Assembly: GCA_963822405.1 (NCBI GenBank)
Contig: CAWGHH010000004.1
Location: 70,226 to 134,225, forward strand
Length of the DNA stretch: 64,000 nt
Origin: Candidatus Uhrbacteria bacterium
GTDB taxonomy: Bacteria; Patescibacteriota; Patescibacteriia; UBA9934
Direction of reading: 5' to 3'
Made by a program: the position numbers and the translations under genes. Numbering within the stretch: position 1 is the stretch's first letter; every line of letters starts with the position of its first letter. Below are positions 8,758-18,400 of this stretch, in pieces. A model generated the notes under the pieces. It did no database searches, was not told where the DNA came from, and worked only from the letters and a program-made list of their open reading frames with translations.

Positions 8758-11150
8758 CACACTACGAAGTTCACGATTTTGTTTTTAACAACGATTGTCT
8801 TCTTTGGTTCACTGGTCAAAAACTTCTGCACGTTCTGATCGGCCTTCGCGACCGCAACCACTTCGTCGTCCGCAGAATCTGGGGGCACGGAGATTGTGCC
8901 GCGGAGTTTGCCGTTTACTTGAACAGAGATCGTTACGGCTTCGTCGACGAGTAAAGCAGGATCCACTCCAGGCCAAGCTTGCGCCTCTACAAATCCTTCA
9001 TGCCCAAGCTGTTCCCAAAGTTCGTTTGCGAGATGCGGAGCGAACGGCACCAATAGAAGAAGAAACTTTTCAAAACTTTCTTTTGAAACGCCTTTTTCCT
9101 GAGCCTCGTTCACAAAGATCATGAGGGAAGAGATCGCCGTATTGAAACGGAAACCGGCGATGTCGTCTGTGACTTTTTTGATGGTTTTATTCAATGTGCG
9201 ATCGATCGAGAGAGGGTCGACATTGAAGTCGACCCCTACGCGCTCGGATAACCTCGCGATCTTGTCCAAAAATCGACGAACGCCAATCACGCCATTTGTA
9301 TTCCATGGCACTGGCTCCTCAAATGGTCCCATGAACAACTCGTACACGCGCAAAGTATCCGCACCGAATTCTTTTACAATTTCGTCAGGGTTCACTACGT
9401 TACCTTTTGACTTACTCATCTTTGTTCCGTCCTCAGACATGATGAGGCCATGGGAATGGCGACGAACATATGGCTCACTCGCCGGCACCAATCCTTGATC
9501 AAATAAAAACTTGTTCCAGAACCGTGAGTACAACAAGTGAAGCGTGGTGTGCTCCATGCCACCATTATACAAGTCGACTGGCATCCAGTATTTAAGTGCT
9601 TCTTTCGACGCAAACGCGTTGTCATTATGCGGATCCGCGTAACGCAAGAAGTACCAGCTCGAGCCAGCCCAGTTAGGCATAGTGTCGGTTTCGCGCTTCG
9701 CCGGTCCTCCACATTGAGGACATGCTGTGTTCACAAATGACTCGATAGAAGCGAGAGGAGATTCGCCGTTGTCAGTTGGTTCGTAACGTTCGACTTGAGG
9801 GAGTTCCACGGGGAGTTGAGAGTCGGGAATCGCAACCCAACCACCCTGAGACTCCCCCGTAGCCCCCTCTTGGAAAGAGGGGGAATGTGCACCGTCCTGA
9901 TCACCCTGAGCACAATGCTCGCAGTAGACTAGGGGGATCGGCTCGCCCCAGTAGCGTTGACGGGAAAAGACCCAGTCGCGGAGTTTGAAGGTGGTTTTCT
10001 TAGTACCACCTGACTTAACTATGGCCTCGTCGAACGATACGAGTGGCTTATCGACAATTGACAACTCGAAGGTCTCGGCGAACGCTCGATCACGTTCATC
10101 GTGTTGCGGAACAGCCATAACTGCGCCGGTGCCATAATGGCCAAGTACGTAATCAGCAACCCAAACCGGAACTTTTTCACCGTTAAAAGGGTTGGTCACA
10201 AATGAACCAGTAAACACGCCGGTTTTTTCTTTCGTGTCGTCGCCACGTTCAATCTCTGTTTTCTTTTTTACATCCGCAAGATATTTCGCAACTGCCTTCT
10301 TCTGTTCATCGGTAGTTAGTTTCTCGACCAATGAATGTTCGGGAGCGAGAACCACATAAGTGACGCCATCGATCGTGTCGGGGCGGGTTGTAAATACCCG
10401 GAGGGGGCCGACATCGAAGTCGGCCCGTACGACCCCCTCTGCTCCCCCTAAAAGGGGGAAGGTGATTTCGGCGCCCTCGCTTCGGCCGATCCAGTCTTCC
10501 TGTTGCTTTTTAATCTTTGGCAAATAGTCGACGTCCTTAAGGTCGTCGATCAAACGGTCGGCATACTTGGTGATGGCAATCATCCACTGCTCCTTCTCGC
10601 GCTTTTCAACGGGTGTACCACAGCGTTCGCAGCAACCGCCGACAACTTCCTCGTTCGCCAAACCAATCTTGTCTTTAGGGCACCAGTTGATCATGGTCTT
10701 CGCTTTATAGGCGAGACCAGCTTTAAAAAACTGCAAAAACTGCCACTGCGTCCAACGATAATATTTTGGATCAGTTGTATTGATCTCCCTCGACCAGTCA
10801 AAACTAAAACCAATAGATTGAAGTTGGCGACGGAAATTATCGACGTTTGTCTTAGTGACAACGGCCGGATGAACACCCATCTTTATGGCGTAATTTTCCG
10901 TCGGCAATCCAAATGCGTCCCAACCCATTGGGAACAAAACATTTTTGCCTTCCATTCTTTTCTTTCGAGCGACAACATCAAGTGCGGTATAACTGCGCGG
11001 ATGACCCACGTGAAGTCCCTCGCCGGACGGATAAGGAAACTCGACCAAAACATAATACTTGTCTTGACCCGAATCCTTCGCGTGAAAAATGCCAGAATCT
11101 TCCCAACGCTTCTGCCACTTGGGATCAATCAAAGAATGGTTGTAGGACAT
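8757..11150 (-). CDS. leuS: Leucine--tRNA ligase
   Basis: PYPSGEGLHVGH, TTRPDT, KMSKS, VQVNGKLR. Confidence 0.97.
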   Translation of the reverse strand: MSYNHSLIDPKWQKRWEDSGIFHAKDSGQDKYYVLVEFPYPSGEGLHVGHPRSYTALDVVARKKRMEGKNVLFPMGWDAFGLPTENYAIKMGVHPAVVTKTNVDNFRRQLQSIGFSFDWSREINTTDPKYYRWTQWQFLQFFKAGLAYKAKTMINWCPKDKIGLANEEVVGGCCERCGTPVEKREKEQWMIAITKYADRLIDDLKDVDYLPKIKKQQEDWIGRSEGAEITFPLLGGAEGVVRADFDVGPLRVFTTRPDTIDGVTYVVLAPEHSLVEKLTTDEQKKAVAKYLADVKKKTEIERGDDTKEKTGVFTGSFVTNPFNGEKVPVWVADYVLGHYGTGAVMAVPQHDERDRAFAETFELSIVDKPLVSFDEAIVKSGGTKKTTFKLRDWVFSRQRYWGEPIPLVYCEHCAQGDQDGAHSPSFQEGATGESQGGWVAIPDSQLPVELPQVERYEPTDNGESPLASIESFVNTACPQCGGPAKRETDTMPNWAGSSWYFLRYADPHNDNAFASKEALKYWMPVDLYNGGMEHTTLHLLYSRFWNKFLFDQGLVPASEPYVRRHSHGLIMSEDGTKMSKSKGNVVNPDEIVKEFGADTLRVYELFMGPFEEPVPWNTNGVIGVRRFLDKIARLSERVGVDFNVDPLSIDRTLNKTIKKVTDDIAGFRFNTAISSLMIFVNEAQEKGVSKESFEKFLLLLVPFAPHLANELWEQLGHEGFVEAQAWPGVDPALLVDEAVTISVQVNGKLRGTISVPPDSADDEVVAVAKADQNVQKFLTSEPKKTIVVKNKIVNFVV
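9213..9239 (-). repeat. Family 1, copy 3, in-frame in leuS
   Basis: agggtcgac-attgaa-gtcgacccctac, encodes VGVDFNVDP. Confidence 0.85.
9850..9885. repeat. Family 2, copy f, in-frame in leuS
   Basis: gactcccccgtagccccctcttggaaagaggggga, 1 mismatch to copy e; SPSFQEGATGES. Confidence 0.85.
10404..10430 (-). repeat. Family 1, copy 4, in-frame in leuS
   Basis: ggggccgac-atcgaa-gtcggcccgtac, encodes VRADFDVGP. Confidence 0.8.
10431..10461. repeat. Family 2, copy g, in-frame in leuS, abutting family 1 copy 4
   Basis: gaccccctctgctccccctaaaagggggaag, encodes FPLLGGAEGV. Confidence 0.8.
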
Positions 11151-11165
11151 ACGTCCGCCATCCTA

Positions 11166-11519
11166 CTATGAAGCCTTCCCGCCTTCAACCGCATATCCCG
11201 CTTCCATCCAACCCATAAGTCCTCCCGTGAGTCTGATCAACTTTGTGTACCCCGCAGCTGCCAGCACATCCGTGGCCTGCGAGCCCTTACCAAGTTCGTC
11301 AAATTCGCCATAAACAATAATAGTCGCGTCCTTGTCTTTGAGGACATCGGCGCAAGTTTCATCGCACTTATCGCTCATGGGAATATTCACCGCCCCTGGA
11401 ATATGACGGTGCTCGAACTCATGCGGATCTTGAAGATCAACTAGCGTAAACGCCTCGCCTGCCTCGATCTTTGCTTTCAGATCCTGAACGGAGAGAGTAT
11501 CCATAATAAAATGCTTCAT
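11166..11519 (-). CDS. Rhodanese-like domain protein
   Basis: LVD...EFEHRHIPGAVNIP, LTGGLMGW; start could be 11597, 11519 or 11504. Confidence 0.85.
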   Translation of the reverse strand: MKHFIMDTLSVQDLKAKIEAGEAFTLVDLQDPHEFEHRHIPGAVNIPMSDKCDETCADVLKDKDATIIVYGEFDELGKGSQATDVLAAAGYTKLIRLTGGLMGWMEAGYAVEGGKAS

Positions 11520-11597
11520 GGGACTACGAATGTCCTCGTTAAAATTTGGAGTCGGATTACCTCCTGGCAAATTTTTCCGAGAACATTCTTCGTCCAT
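11518..11597 (-). repeat. Hairpin family 3, copy B
   Basis: gaatgtcctcg...cgagaacattc stem around aaatttggagtcggattacctcctggcaaattt. Confidence 0.8.
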
Positions 11598-12808
11598 TAA
11601 TTGATAGACTTTGCGGATAGTATACGATCAATTGCCCTAAGAAATGCTCCGCGGCGCAAATCAGTGTGATATTTTTCACTCATAGTCCAAGTGTCCAGCG
11701 CAGCCGCCTCCATGCGCTCCTTCAGCATTTCGTCGACCTTCTCTGCCGTCCAAACCTCATTCTTCATATTCTGATCCCACTCGAAATAGCTGACCGTCAC
11801 TCCCCCGCTATTAGCAAGAATATCCGGGATTACAACGACTCCTTTACCCAACAAAATATCATCAGCCTCTACAGTTGTTGGACCATTAGCAAGTTCAAGA
11901 ACAACTTTTGCTTTTATTCTTGACGCATTCTCTTCGGTAATTTGATTTTCAAGCGCAGCCGAAACAAGCACTCCACACTCAAGTTCAAGCAACTCGGCAT
12001 TCGAAATCTGTTGGGCGCCAGGAAAACCGACAAGCGATCCCGTCGATGTTTTGTATGCGTGCACCGCCGGAACATCAAGTCCCGCTTCTGAATAGATCCC
12101 GCTCTTCGAGTCCGAAACTGCTACTACTTTGACCTCGTGTCTCACACAAATATCGGCAAAAGTAGCCCCTGCATTTCCAAATCCCTGAATCGCTACCGTA
12201 AATGTTTCTGGATCCAGGAATAGCTTCTCTTTCAACGCAGACAACACATACCAGCCTCCCATAGCTGTGGCCGTATCTCGACCGAGTGATCCGCCATGTT
12301 CGATACTCTTCCCAGTGACAACGGCTGGGTGACCAAATTCTTCCGCAATAATATCCATCTCTCTGCTGGTTGTGTTTACATCCGGTGCCGGCACGTCGAT
12401 AGTTGGTCCGAGCACATCACGAAACGTTTTTGCATACGCGCGCGCGACCTCATCCTTTTCTCGTACTGACAACGTTTTTGGATCAACAGCCACCCCCCCT
12501 TTTCCGCCACCCATCGGAATATTCGCCACAGCTGTCTTGAATGACATGAGTGCCGCCAGCGTCTTCACTTCGTCTTGATCAACATTCGGGTGAAAGCGAA
12601 TTCCGCCCTTGTACGGACCTCGCCAATTGTTATGTTGGATTCGGTACGCAGATAGTTCGAGGCTAGAGCCATCATCCCGCGTAATAGAAAGTGATCGTAA
12701 GACTTCTTTCTGCGGCGCCTTAAGAACCTCTGCTTGAGTTGCCAACGCCTCATCAAATACTAAAGCCCGATCAAGCTGACGAATAAAATTCTGGTAAGAG
12801 TTTGACAT
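11597..12808 (-). CDS. gdhA: Glu/Leu/Phe/Val dehydrogenase
   Basis: GPYKGGIRFHP, GGGKGG, DVPAPD, QGFGNAG, ANGPTT. Confidence 0.92.
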   Translation of the reverse strand: MSNSYQNFIRQLDRALVFDEALATQAEVLKAPQKEVLRSLSITRDDGSSLELSAYRIQHNNWRGPYKGGIRFHPNVDQDEVKTLAALMSFKTAVANIPMGGGKGGVAVDPKTLSVREKDEVARAYAKTFRDVLGPTIDVPAPDVNTTSREMDIIAEEFGHPAVVTGKSIEHGGSLGRDTATAMGGWYVLSALKEKLFLDPETFTVAIQGFGNAGATFADICVRHEVKVVAVSDSKSGIYSEAGLDVPAVHAYKTSTGSLVGFPGAQQISNAELLELECGVLVSAALENQITEENASRIKAKVVLELANGPTTVEADDILLGKGVVVIPDILANSGGVTVSYFEWDQNMKNEVWTAEKVDEMLKERMEAAALDTWTMSEKYHTDLRRGAFLRAIDRILSAKSIN

Positions 12809-12900
12809 AGGTTTGTAGAACTTCAGCGTACAGAGCCTAAGCCCATTTGAATACCAAGCATGTGGATGATGTATTATTCACCTATCTTGATGGCCATTTT

Positions 12901-13578
12901 ATGCACAAATATTTTCTATATTCAGGCGTAACTGCATCCCTAGTTCTCTGTCTGACTGGCGCGGTCTATGTCAACGCTCAAACTAACCGCATACTTCTTG
13001 ATAACCGCGCGATCATTAATACTAATCCGGTAGTGAATAAATATTTTACCAGTACCGGCACGTATTCCTCTGCAAATATTGATCCACAAACTGAACAAGG
13101 AACACTGTCAGCCAGCAAGACAGACGTCAAATATGGAAAAGTTATAACCGATTTCCTGATTACCCCGCAGACTACTTTTCTGAGAAAATATGGAGGCTCA
13201 ACTACCCTGAGTGATTTCAAGCTAGATGAAGAGCTATCAATCTACGCCCAACGAAATACTGACGGTTCGCTCACAGCAATTACCGTAACGGACAATAATC
13301 TTTGGTTCCTCGATCCCGTCATCTCGATTGGCGAAATATCAGCCATTGACCTTGAAAAAAATACTTTATCCGTCATAGATTCCGCCTCAAAGAAAACCTA
13401 TGCCGTAGCGTATACGGACGAAACTGACATCCAAAAACCAAAAGCTGTCTCTGGTACAGAATCAGACCTTGTGGTAGGAAAAAACATCCGCGTCCGAGGT
13501 TTGGTACGCAAAACAGGTTCAACCACTAACATTGAACAGGCGTACGTAATTTGGATTCTCCCCGAACACGGCGAATAA
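12901..13578 (+). CDS. Secreted hypothetical protein with two OB-like (DUF5666-like) repeats
   Basis: Signal peptide from MHKY; two T..T....DL..G..V.V.G-type segments. Confidence 0.6.
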   Translation: MHKYFLYSGVTASLVLCLTGAVYVNAQTNRILLDNRAIINTNPVVNKYFTSTGTYSSANIDPQTEQGTLSASKTDVKYGKVITDFLITPQTTFLRKYGGSTTLSDFKLDEELSIYAQRNTDGSLTAITVTDNNLWFLDPVISIGEISAIDLEKNTLSVIDSASKKTYAVAYTDETDIQKPKAVSGTESDLVVGKNIRVRGLVRKTGSTTNIEQAYVIWILPEHGE

Positions 13579-13579
13579 C

Positions 13580-14512
13580 ATGAAAGACCCACTTCCAGCG
13601 GCACTACGCGAAAGGCTAATAAAACAATGGGGCACGGGAACCTATTCCGCCATGCTCCAGGCTTTTTCCGTTAACCGAAAACCAACTTTCCGCGTCAACA
13701 CATTAAAAGCCACGGACGAAGAAGTAATGAGCATTTTTCGTGATGAACAAATCATGTTCGAACGGATCAAAACCGTCCCTCACGCCTTCATGGTTAAGAA
13801 TTTAACGGATGACGAATTACTCGAGCGCCCCCTCACCAAAGAAGGGAAAATTTACATGCAGGGGGTTTCGTCGATGATTCCACCAATCGTTCTCCTTGAA
13901 GAGAGAGGGCCGACATCGAAGTCGGCCCCTACCACCGCGTTGCGGGTTCTTGATCTTTGCGCGGCGCCGGGATCGAAGACGACCGAGATGGCAATGATGA
14001 CAAATAACTCAACGGAAATTATTGCGACCGAGGATAACGAGGTACGTTTTCAAAAGCTCGAAAATACGATTCGGATACAAGGCGCAAAAGTTGACGCCCG
14101 ACATACGGATGGCACGCTTCTGCACAAAGAATTTCCGGAATATTTTGACAAGGTCTTGGTCGATGCTCCCTGCTCTGCTGAAGGTCGAATTAACATCAAT
14201 GAAAAACGGACTTTTGGCTATTGGTCAGAAAAAAATATTGTCGAGCATGCCAAACTCCAACGTCGGCTTCTACGAGCCGCTGTGAGCTGTCTCAAGCCCG
14301 GTGGAACACTCGTCTACTCTACCTGTACCCTTGCACCCGAAGAAAATGAAAAAATGGTCGAGTGGCTCATCACCGAGTTCCCCCAAATGAAACCCGCCGA
14401 AATCACACTCTCCCTCCAAAACATCAAAAAAACTGCTCACAAAACCATCACGATGTTGCCAGCCGAAAACATGGAGGGGTTCTTTGTGGCGAAACTGGTA
14501 AAGGCCTCATAG
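13580..14512 (+). CDS. RsmB/NOL1/NOP2-family RNA m5C methyltransferase
   Basis: VLDLCAAPGSKT, DAPCS, LVYSTCT, EENE. Confidence 0.93.
   Translation: MKDPLPAALRERLIKQWGTGTYSAMLQAFSVNRKPTFRVNTLKATDEEVMSIFRDEQIMFERIKTVPHAFMVKNLTDDELLERPLTKEGKIYMQGVSSMIPPIVLLEERGPTSKSAPTTALRVLDLCAAPGSKTTEMAMMTNNSTEIIATEDNEVRFQKLENTIRIQGAKVDARHTDGTLLHKEFPEYFDKVLVDAPCSAEGRININEKRTFGYWSEKNIVEHAKLQRRLLRAAVSCLKPGGTLVYSTCTLAPEENEKMVEWLITEFPQMKPAEITLSLQNIKKTAHKTITMLPAENMEGFFVAKLVKAS
13906..13932 (-). repeat. Family 1, copy 5, in-frame in RsmB-like gene
   Basis: agggccgac-atcgaa-gtcggcccctac, encodes GPTSKSAPT. Confidence 0.85.
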
Positions 14513-14524
14513 CCCAGAAGCGAA

Positions 14525-14603
14525 CGGGTAATGAGACATTATTCCCAAAAATTTGAGTCGGATTACCTCCTAAAAATTTTTAGAAACAATGTCTCATTAC
14601 CCG
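14525..14603 (-). repeat. Hairpin family 3, copy C
   Basis: cgggtaatgagacatt...aatgtctcattacccg around aaatttgagtcggattacctcctaaaaattt. Confidence 0.88.
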
Positions 14604-14641
14604 AAAAGAAAAACCGTCCAAGCCACGAGGCTCGGACGGTC
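14604..14641 (-). terminator. Intrinsic terminator
   Basis: accgtccgagcc-tcgt-ggcttggacggt plus T-run on minus strand. Confidence 0.65.
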
Positions 14642-14665
14642 TGTTGCTGACGATGTACCTTGATG

Positions 14666-15406
14666 CTACTCGGCGGAGAGGGCAAGGCGCAGATGCGCGT
14701 TCACGAGACCGCGCCGACGAACTTCCGCGAGAACGTCCCGGGTAACCCAGACGAAATCGGCCTGAGCAGCTTCTTTCAGCTCGCCCACGTACCGGTCGGC
14801 CACTTCACGACTCGACATCTTGAGCACGGCGACCGCGTCCACCTTCTCGTAGAACCGCGCGCCGTCCTGGGGAGCGTCCTCCCACCTGGCATCCTTGAGC
14901 TCAGCGTCAAAGATGATGCCCGCGAGCGGAACCGACTGCACGCCCGACTCACCAGCGCGGAACTTGTTGTGCTGATCCAAGTTCCCCTGAGAGAACTGCA
15001 CGCTCGGGGCCATGAGCACCCGGGAGTTCGTGCCGTCTGCGAGCTTCACACCGATGTTGCCGATGTCCGCTTTTGCGCGGACGAGCACGAGTTGCGGCGG
15101 AAGCGGTGTCGCGGTGAGACGGATCTCATCATCACCGGTGACCACGATAGCCGCCTTCGCGTTCTGCTCGCCGGCGATCATCGGCTGCTTCCAGAACGGA
15201 ACTTCACGGCCGGCGACTTTCTTCGCCCACGCCCCGATCACCTGGAAGAACGAGCCATCCGGACGGAACAACTGCTTCCAGGAGATCTGCCACGCCGGTC
15301 CACAATCGGACAGGTTGCACGGCTCGACCTCCATAGCGAGCGCATTTGCCCGCTCGTTCAACCACGCCGCGAACGCCTCCCAATCGGTAAAAACGAGAAT
15401 AGCCAA
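14666..15406 (-). CDS. NDP-hexose 2,3-dehydratase-like single-domain protein
   Basis: GSFFQVIG, WKQPMI, LVRAKADIGN, APSVQ, DGARFY resemble PF03559 motifs. Confidence 0.65.
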   Translation of the reverse strand: MAILVFTDWEAFAAWLNERANALAMEVEPCNLSDCGPAWQISWKQLFRPDGSFFQVIGAWAKKVAGREVPFWKQPMIAGEQNAKAAIVVTGDDEIRLTATPLPPQLVLVRAKADIGNIGVKLADGTNSRVLMAPSVQFSQGNLDQHNKFRAGESGVQSVPLAGIIFDAELKDARWEDAPQDGARFYEKVDAVAVLKMSSREVADRYVGELKEAAQADFVWVTRDVLAEVRRRGLVNAHLRLALSAE

Positions 15407-15479
15407 GATCCACCTCGCGTGAAAAGGTTTCGCTAGGAAACCAAACGCTGGCGGAGGTTAGCTAAAAAAGAGAATGGTG

Positions 15480-18400
15480 TCAACGGAATAACCTTGAAAT
15501 ATTAGAAAATACAGGGATAGGCGATGCCCAACCAACGAGCCCTTCGATGTATTGAATGGTAAACCGCAGGAAGCTAGCGATACGCTCCGCTAGGTCAGCG
15601 CGTTTTACAAGGTTTGCGGTGTCGACCGTCGACGTACCATCAAGTGGAGTCCCGACGGTTAGGCGTCCGAATGATGTTGGATCAAGATCGATAATATAGT
15701 CAGCCCAATGAGCTCCAAAGAGTGCAGCTGCCAGTTCCTCTGTTGGAACCCAGTGAATAATTGGATTATCAATCGTAGCTTCGACATCAAATGCGTACAC
15801 CCTGGTTGAACCTGGAGTTTTCAGGAGAACTGTGCCGGGTTTTGGTGGCATTGGCTTGCCGAGCGCGTAACTCAAGAGCTTTTCATTAGTAATAACTTTG
15901 ACCACAGAAAAATCCTTCGCATAAGTGAAGAACTCAACTGCGGTAATGAACGAATGACGCACATCATTTTCATCAACAAAATAGACGATGGACGAATCAG
16001 GCGTTCTGATAAAGTTATTGAAAGTTTGCTTGACTATAGGCACAACGACAGGCGGTTCAACAATCGGACCTGATCCGGGAGATATCTCACAACCCACGGA
16101 AAGCGTCACTGTGTCTGAAATTGCTAACGATGTCTCGCCTGTTGCTGACCTAAATTGCACCGTCACTATCTTTTCACCAGCTCCAGAAGAAAGTGCCCAG
16201 GGGAGAGTCATTGTTCGAATAAAAACTCCGGAACTATTCGTGGTCACCGTAACAGTTTCGTCCACAACAAACGGAATAAAACTGCCTCCATCAATACTGA
16301 CCGCCGTTGCATTAGCTGCTCGCATTGTTAAAATTACATCCGAAGAAGAAACACATTGAACTCCATTAGCAATAACAACGCTCACATCAGTCGGACTTTC
16401 GCTCACGGAAGATCCTTGACCGGCGAGTGTGAAGACAACGGAATCCACAGCTGGATGGCTAGCAACACTATCAGTTTCTAGCGTCACCGCCAGATCGATA
16501 TTTGAAGTGGTCGGCATGAATCCGCCGGTAAGCGACCAGTTGGTACGCTTAACTGCGCCCAGCACTGTCCCGGTCATCCGGTTATTCGTCGGCCCATTCT
16601 CAACTGCCAGTGAAATTGCTTCTGCGGGAGTGTTCGTAGGAGCCGGAGTCCACACGCTAGCATCGTTTCGATAATACCAATTACCGTTCACTCCCCCATG
16701 ATCAGTTGCCAGACTCGACGCTATAGTTCGCCAAGAAGTCCCGAACACCTTAAAACTTTGTCGAGCGTCAAAAGAAATTGAATAGTCAGCATTTCCCCCA
16801 TCAAGCGATTCGCTGACCGTTGCCGAACCAATTCTATTTGTTCCAGTGAAGTCTATATTCGAGGAAGCAGTAGTTAGTGTTGTGTAGTACTTACCGGCGG
16901 GAGCAGCGCCAATTATTAATTGATCCAACTCATTTGTAGGATAGGAATTGTAACTCCAGAACGTATCGCTGCTTTGTAGAGCAAATTGTAGGAGACCACT
17001 ACTCATAGGATACGTAGCCAAGCGATCGCCGGTATTCGCATCAAAAACAATGAGGCTCGCCGACTCCCCTCCAGGAGGCCCAAGCTCAACAGGAGAATAA
17101 CCAACGTACACCCTGCCTAAAACCGTATCAATATCAAGACCTTGAGCGTAAGTACCGGTATCATATGAAGCTAGAACGTTTCCCGTCGCGGCGTCAACTT
17201 TTACCAACGGATCAACGCCGTCAGCTTCAAATGCAGACAGCACCCAAATAATATTATTCGTTGCATCGAAGCGAATTGAGTCGTCCCCGCTATCCGCATA
17301 TCCAGGAATGGGGTATGTACTCGCTGATAGCGTTCCGTTCGCAAACGTCCCTGTAGTTGCCGAGAATTTATATAGAGCGGTACTAAAAGTATTGCCACCG
17401 GAAATCCAAACAGCGTGCTGAACGGAATCATAAACGATTCCGTTTGCCTCAATACCCAAAACGATCGTATTGATCACCGCTCCATTAGTCGGATTAATTC
17501 TGACGAGTTTACTTGAGGGATATGTGACAACCCAAATCTCATCAAGGTCTGGGTTATACACTACATCCCATGCATGACCAGAAACAGAGAATGAACTTGC
17601 TCCAAGCGTCCCGAACGCGTAGTTACCCGTTCCCGCATCAAACGCAACTAATTTGTTACTATCATAATCAGCAAACCAAAGCCTGTTTCGCGTCGGATCA
17701 ATGGCGAAATTATACGAAGAACCTGTCATTGATTTTCTCGCTACTTCAAGACCAGTCGCCATAGAAACCTCTACTAAAGCTGGAACACCGGCGTTGCCCA
17801 ACCAAATACGTCCATTTGTTTCATCAGCCAAAATTCCACCGTGCCCGGCGCCGGCCGACAAGAGATTCAAACTCCCAACGGAAATACGCGCGGTGCTACC
17901 ACCGAGTTGAGCGGCATCAACCAGCTCTGAGGTACATGCAATCTTCGTAACCGTAGCGTCAACAAGCGTGAGATATATTTGGTCAGGAGGCGTTATGCCG
18001 TCTGTAAGAAGCACTTGTCCGGTAGTAATCGGGTCTACCCGTAGAATCCGATAATCAACTCCGCCAACCGTCACCCTACAACCCGGCAAGATCTTAGTAC
18101 CGGCAAGACTTACCGCAGATCCGCCATTTGCCGTACGGAAAACACCCTCGCCCTGATTTGTCCGGTCAAACCACGCGACGGTGCCTTTTACATCTTCTTC
18201 CGTTAACATTGCGCCATTATCAAAATCAACTGTCATCAAATCCCGATCATCGTCTTCAGTAAAAAGAGAAACATCCACGGGGTTCAGAACCCCGTAAAGC
18301 GTGTCAGTACTAGTAGGAACAGCGAGGATGATGGAGGAAGCAATGCCTCCGTCATCCGCGGTGTCATCAACGCCCGTAACAGTCACAGTCTGTGGCGTAG

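Noticed and set aside
14557-14573. 16S rRNA gene fragment
   Set aside because: Similarity is limited to about 12 nt of the 3' tail, with no helix 44/45 sequence
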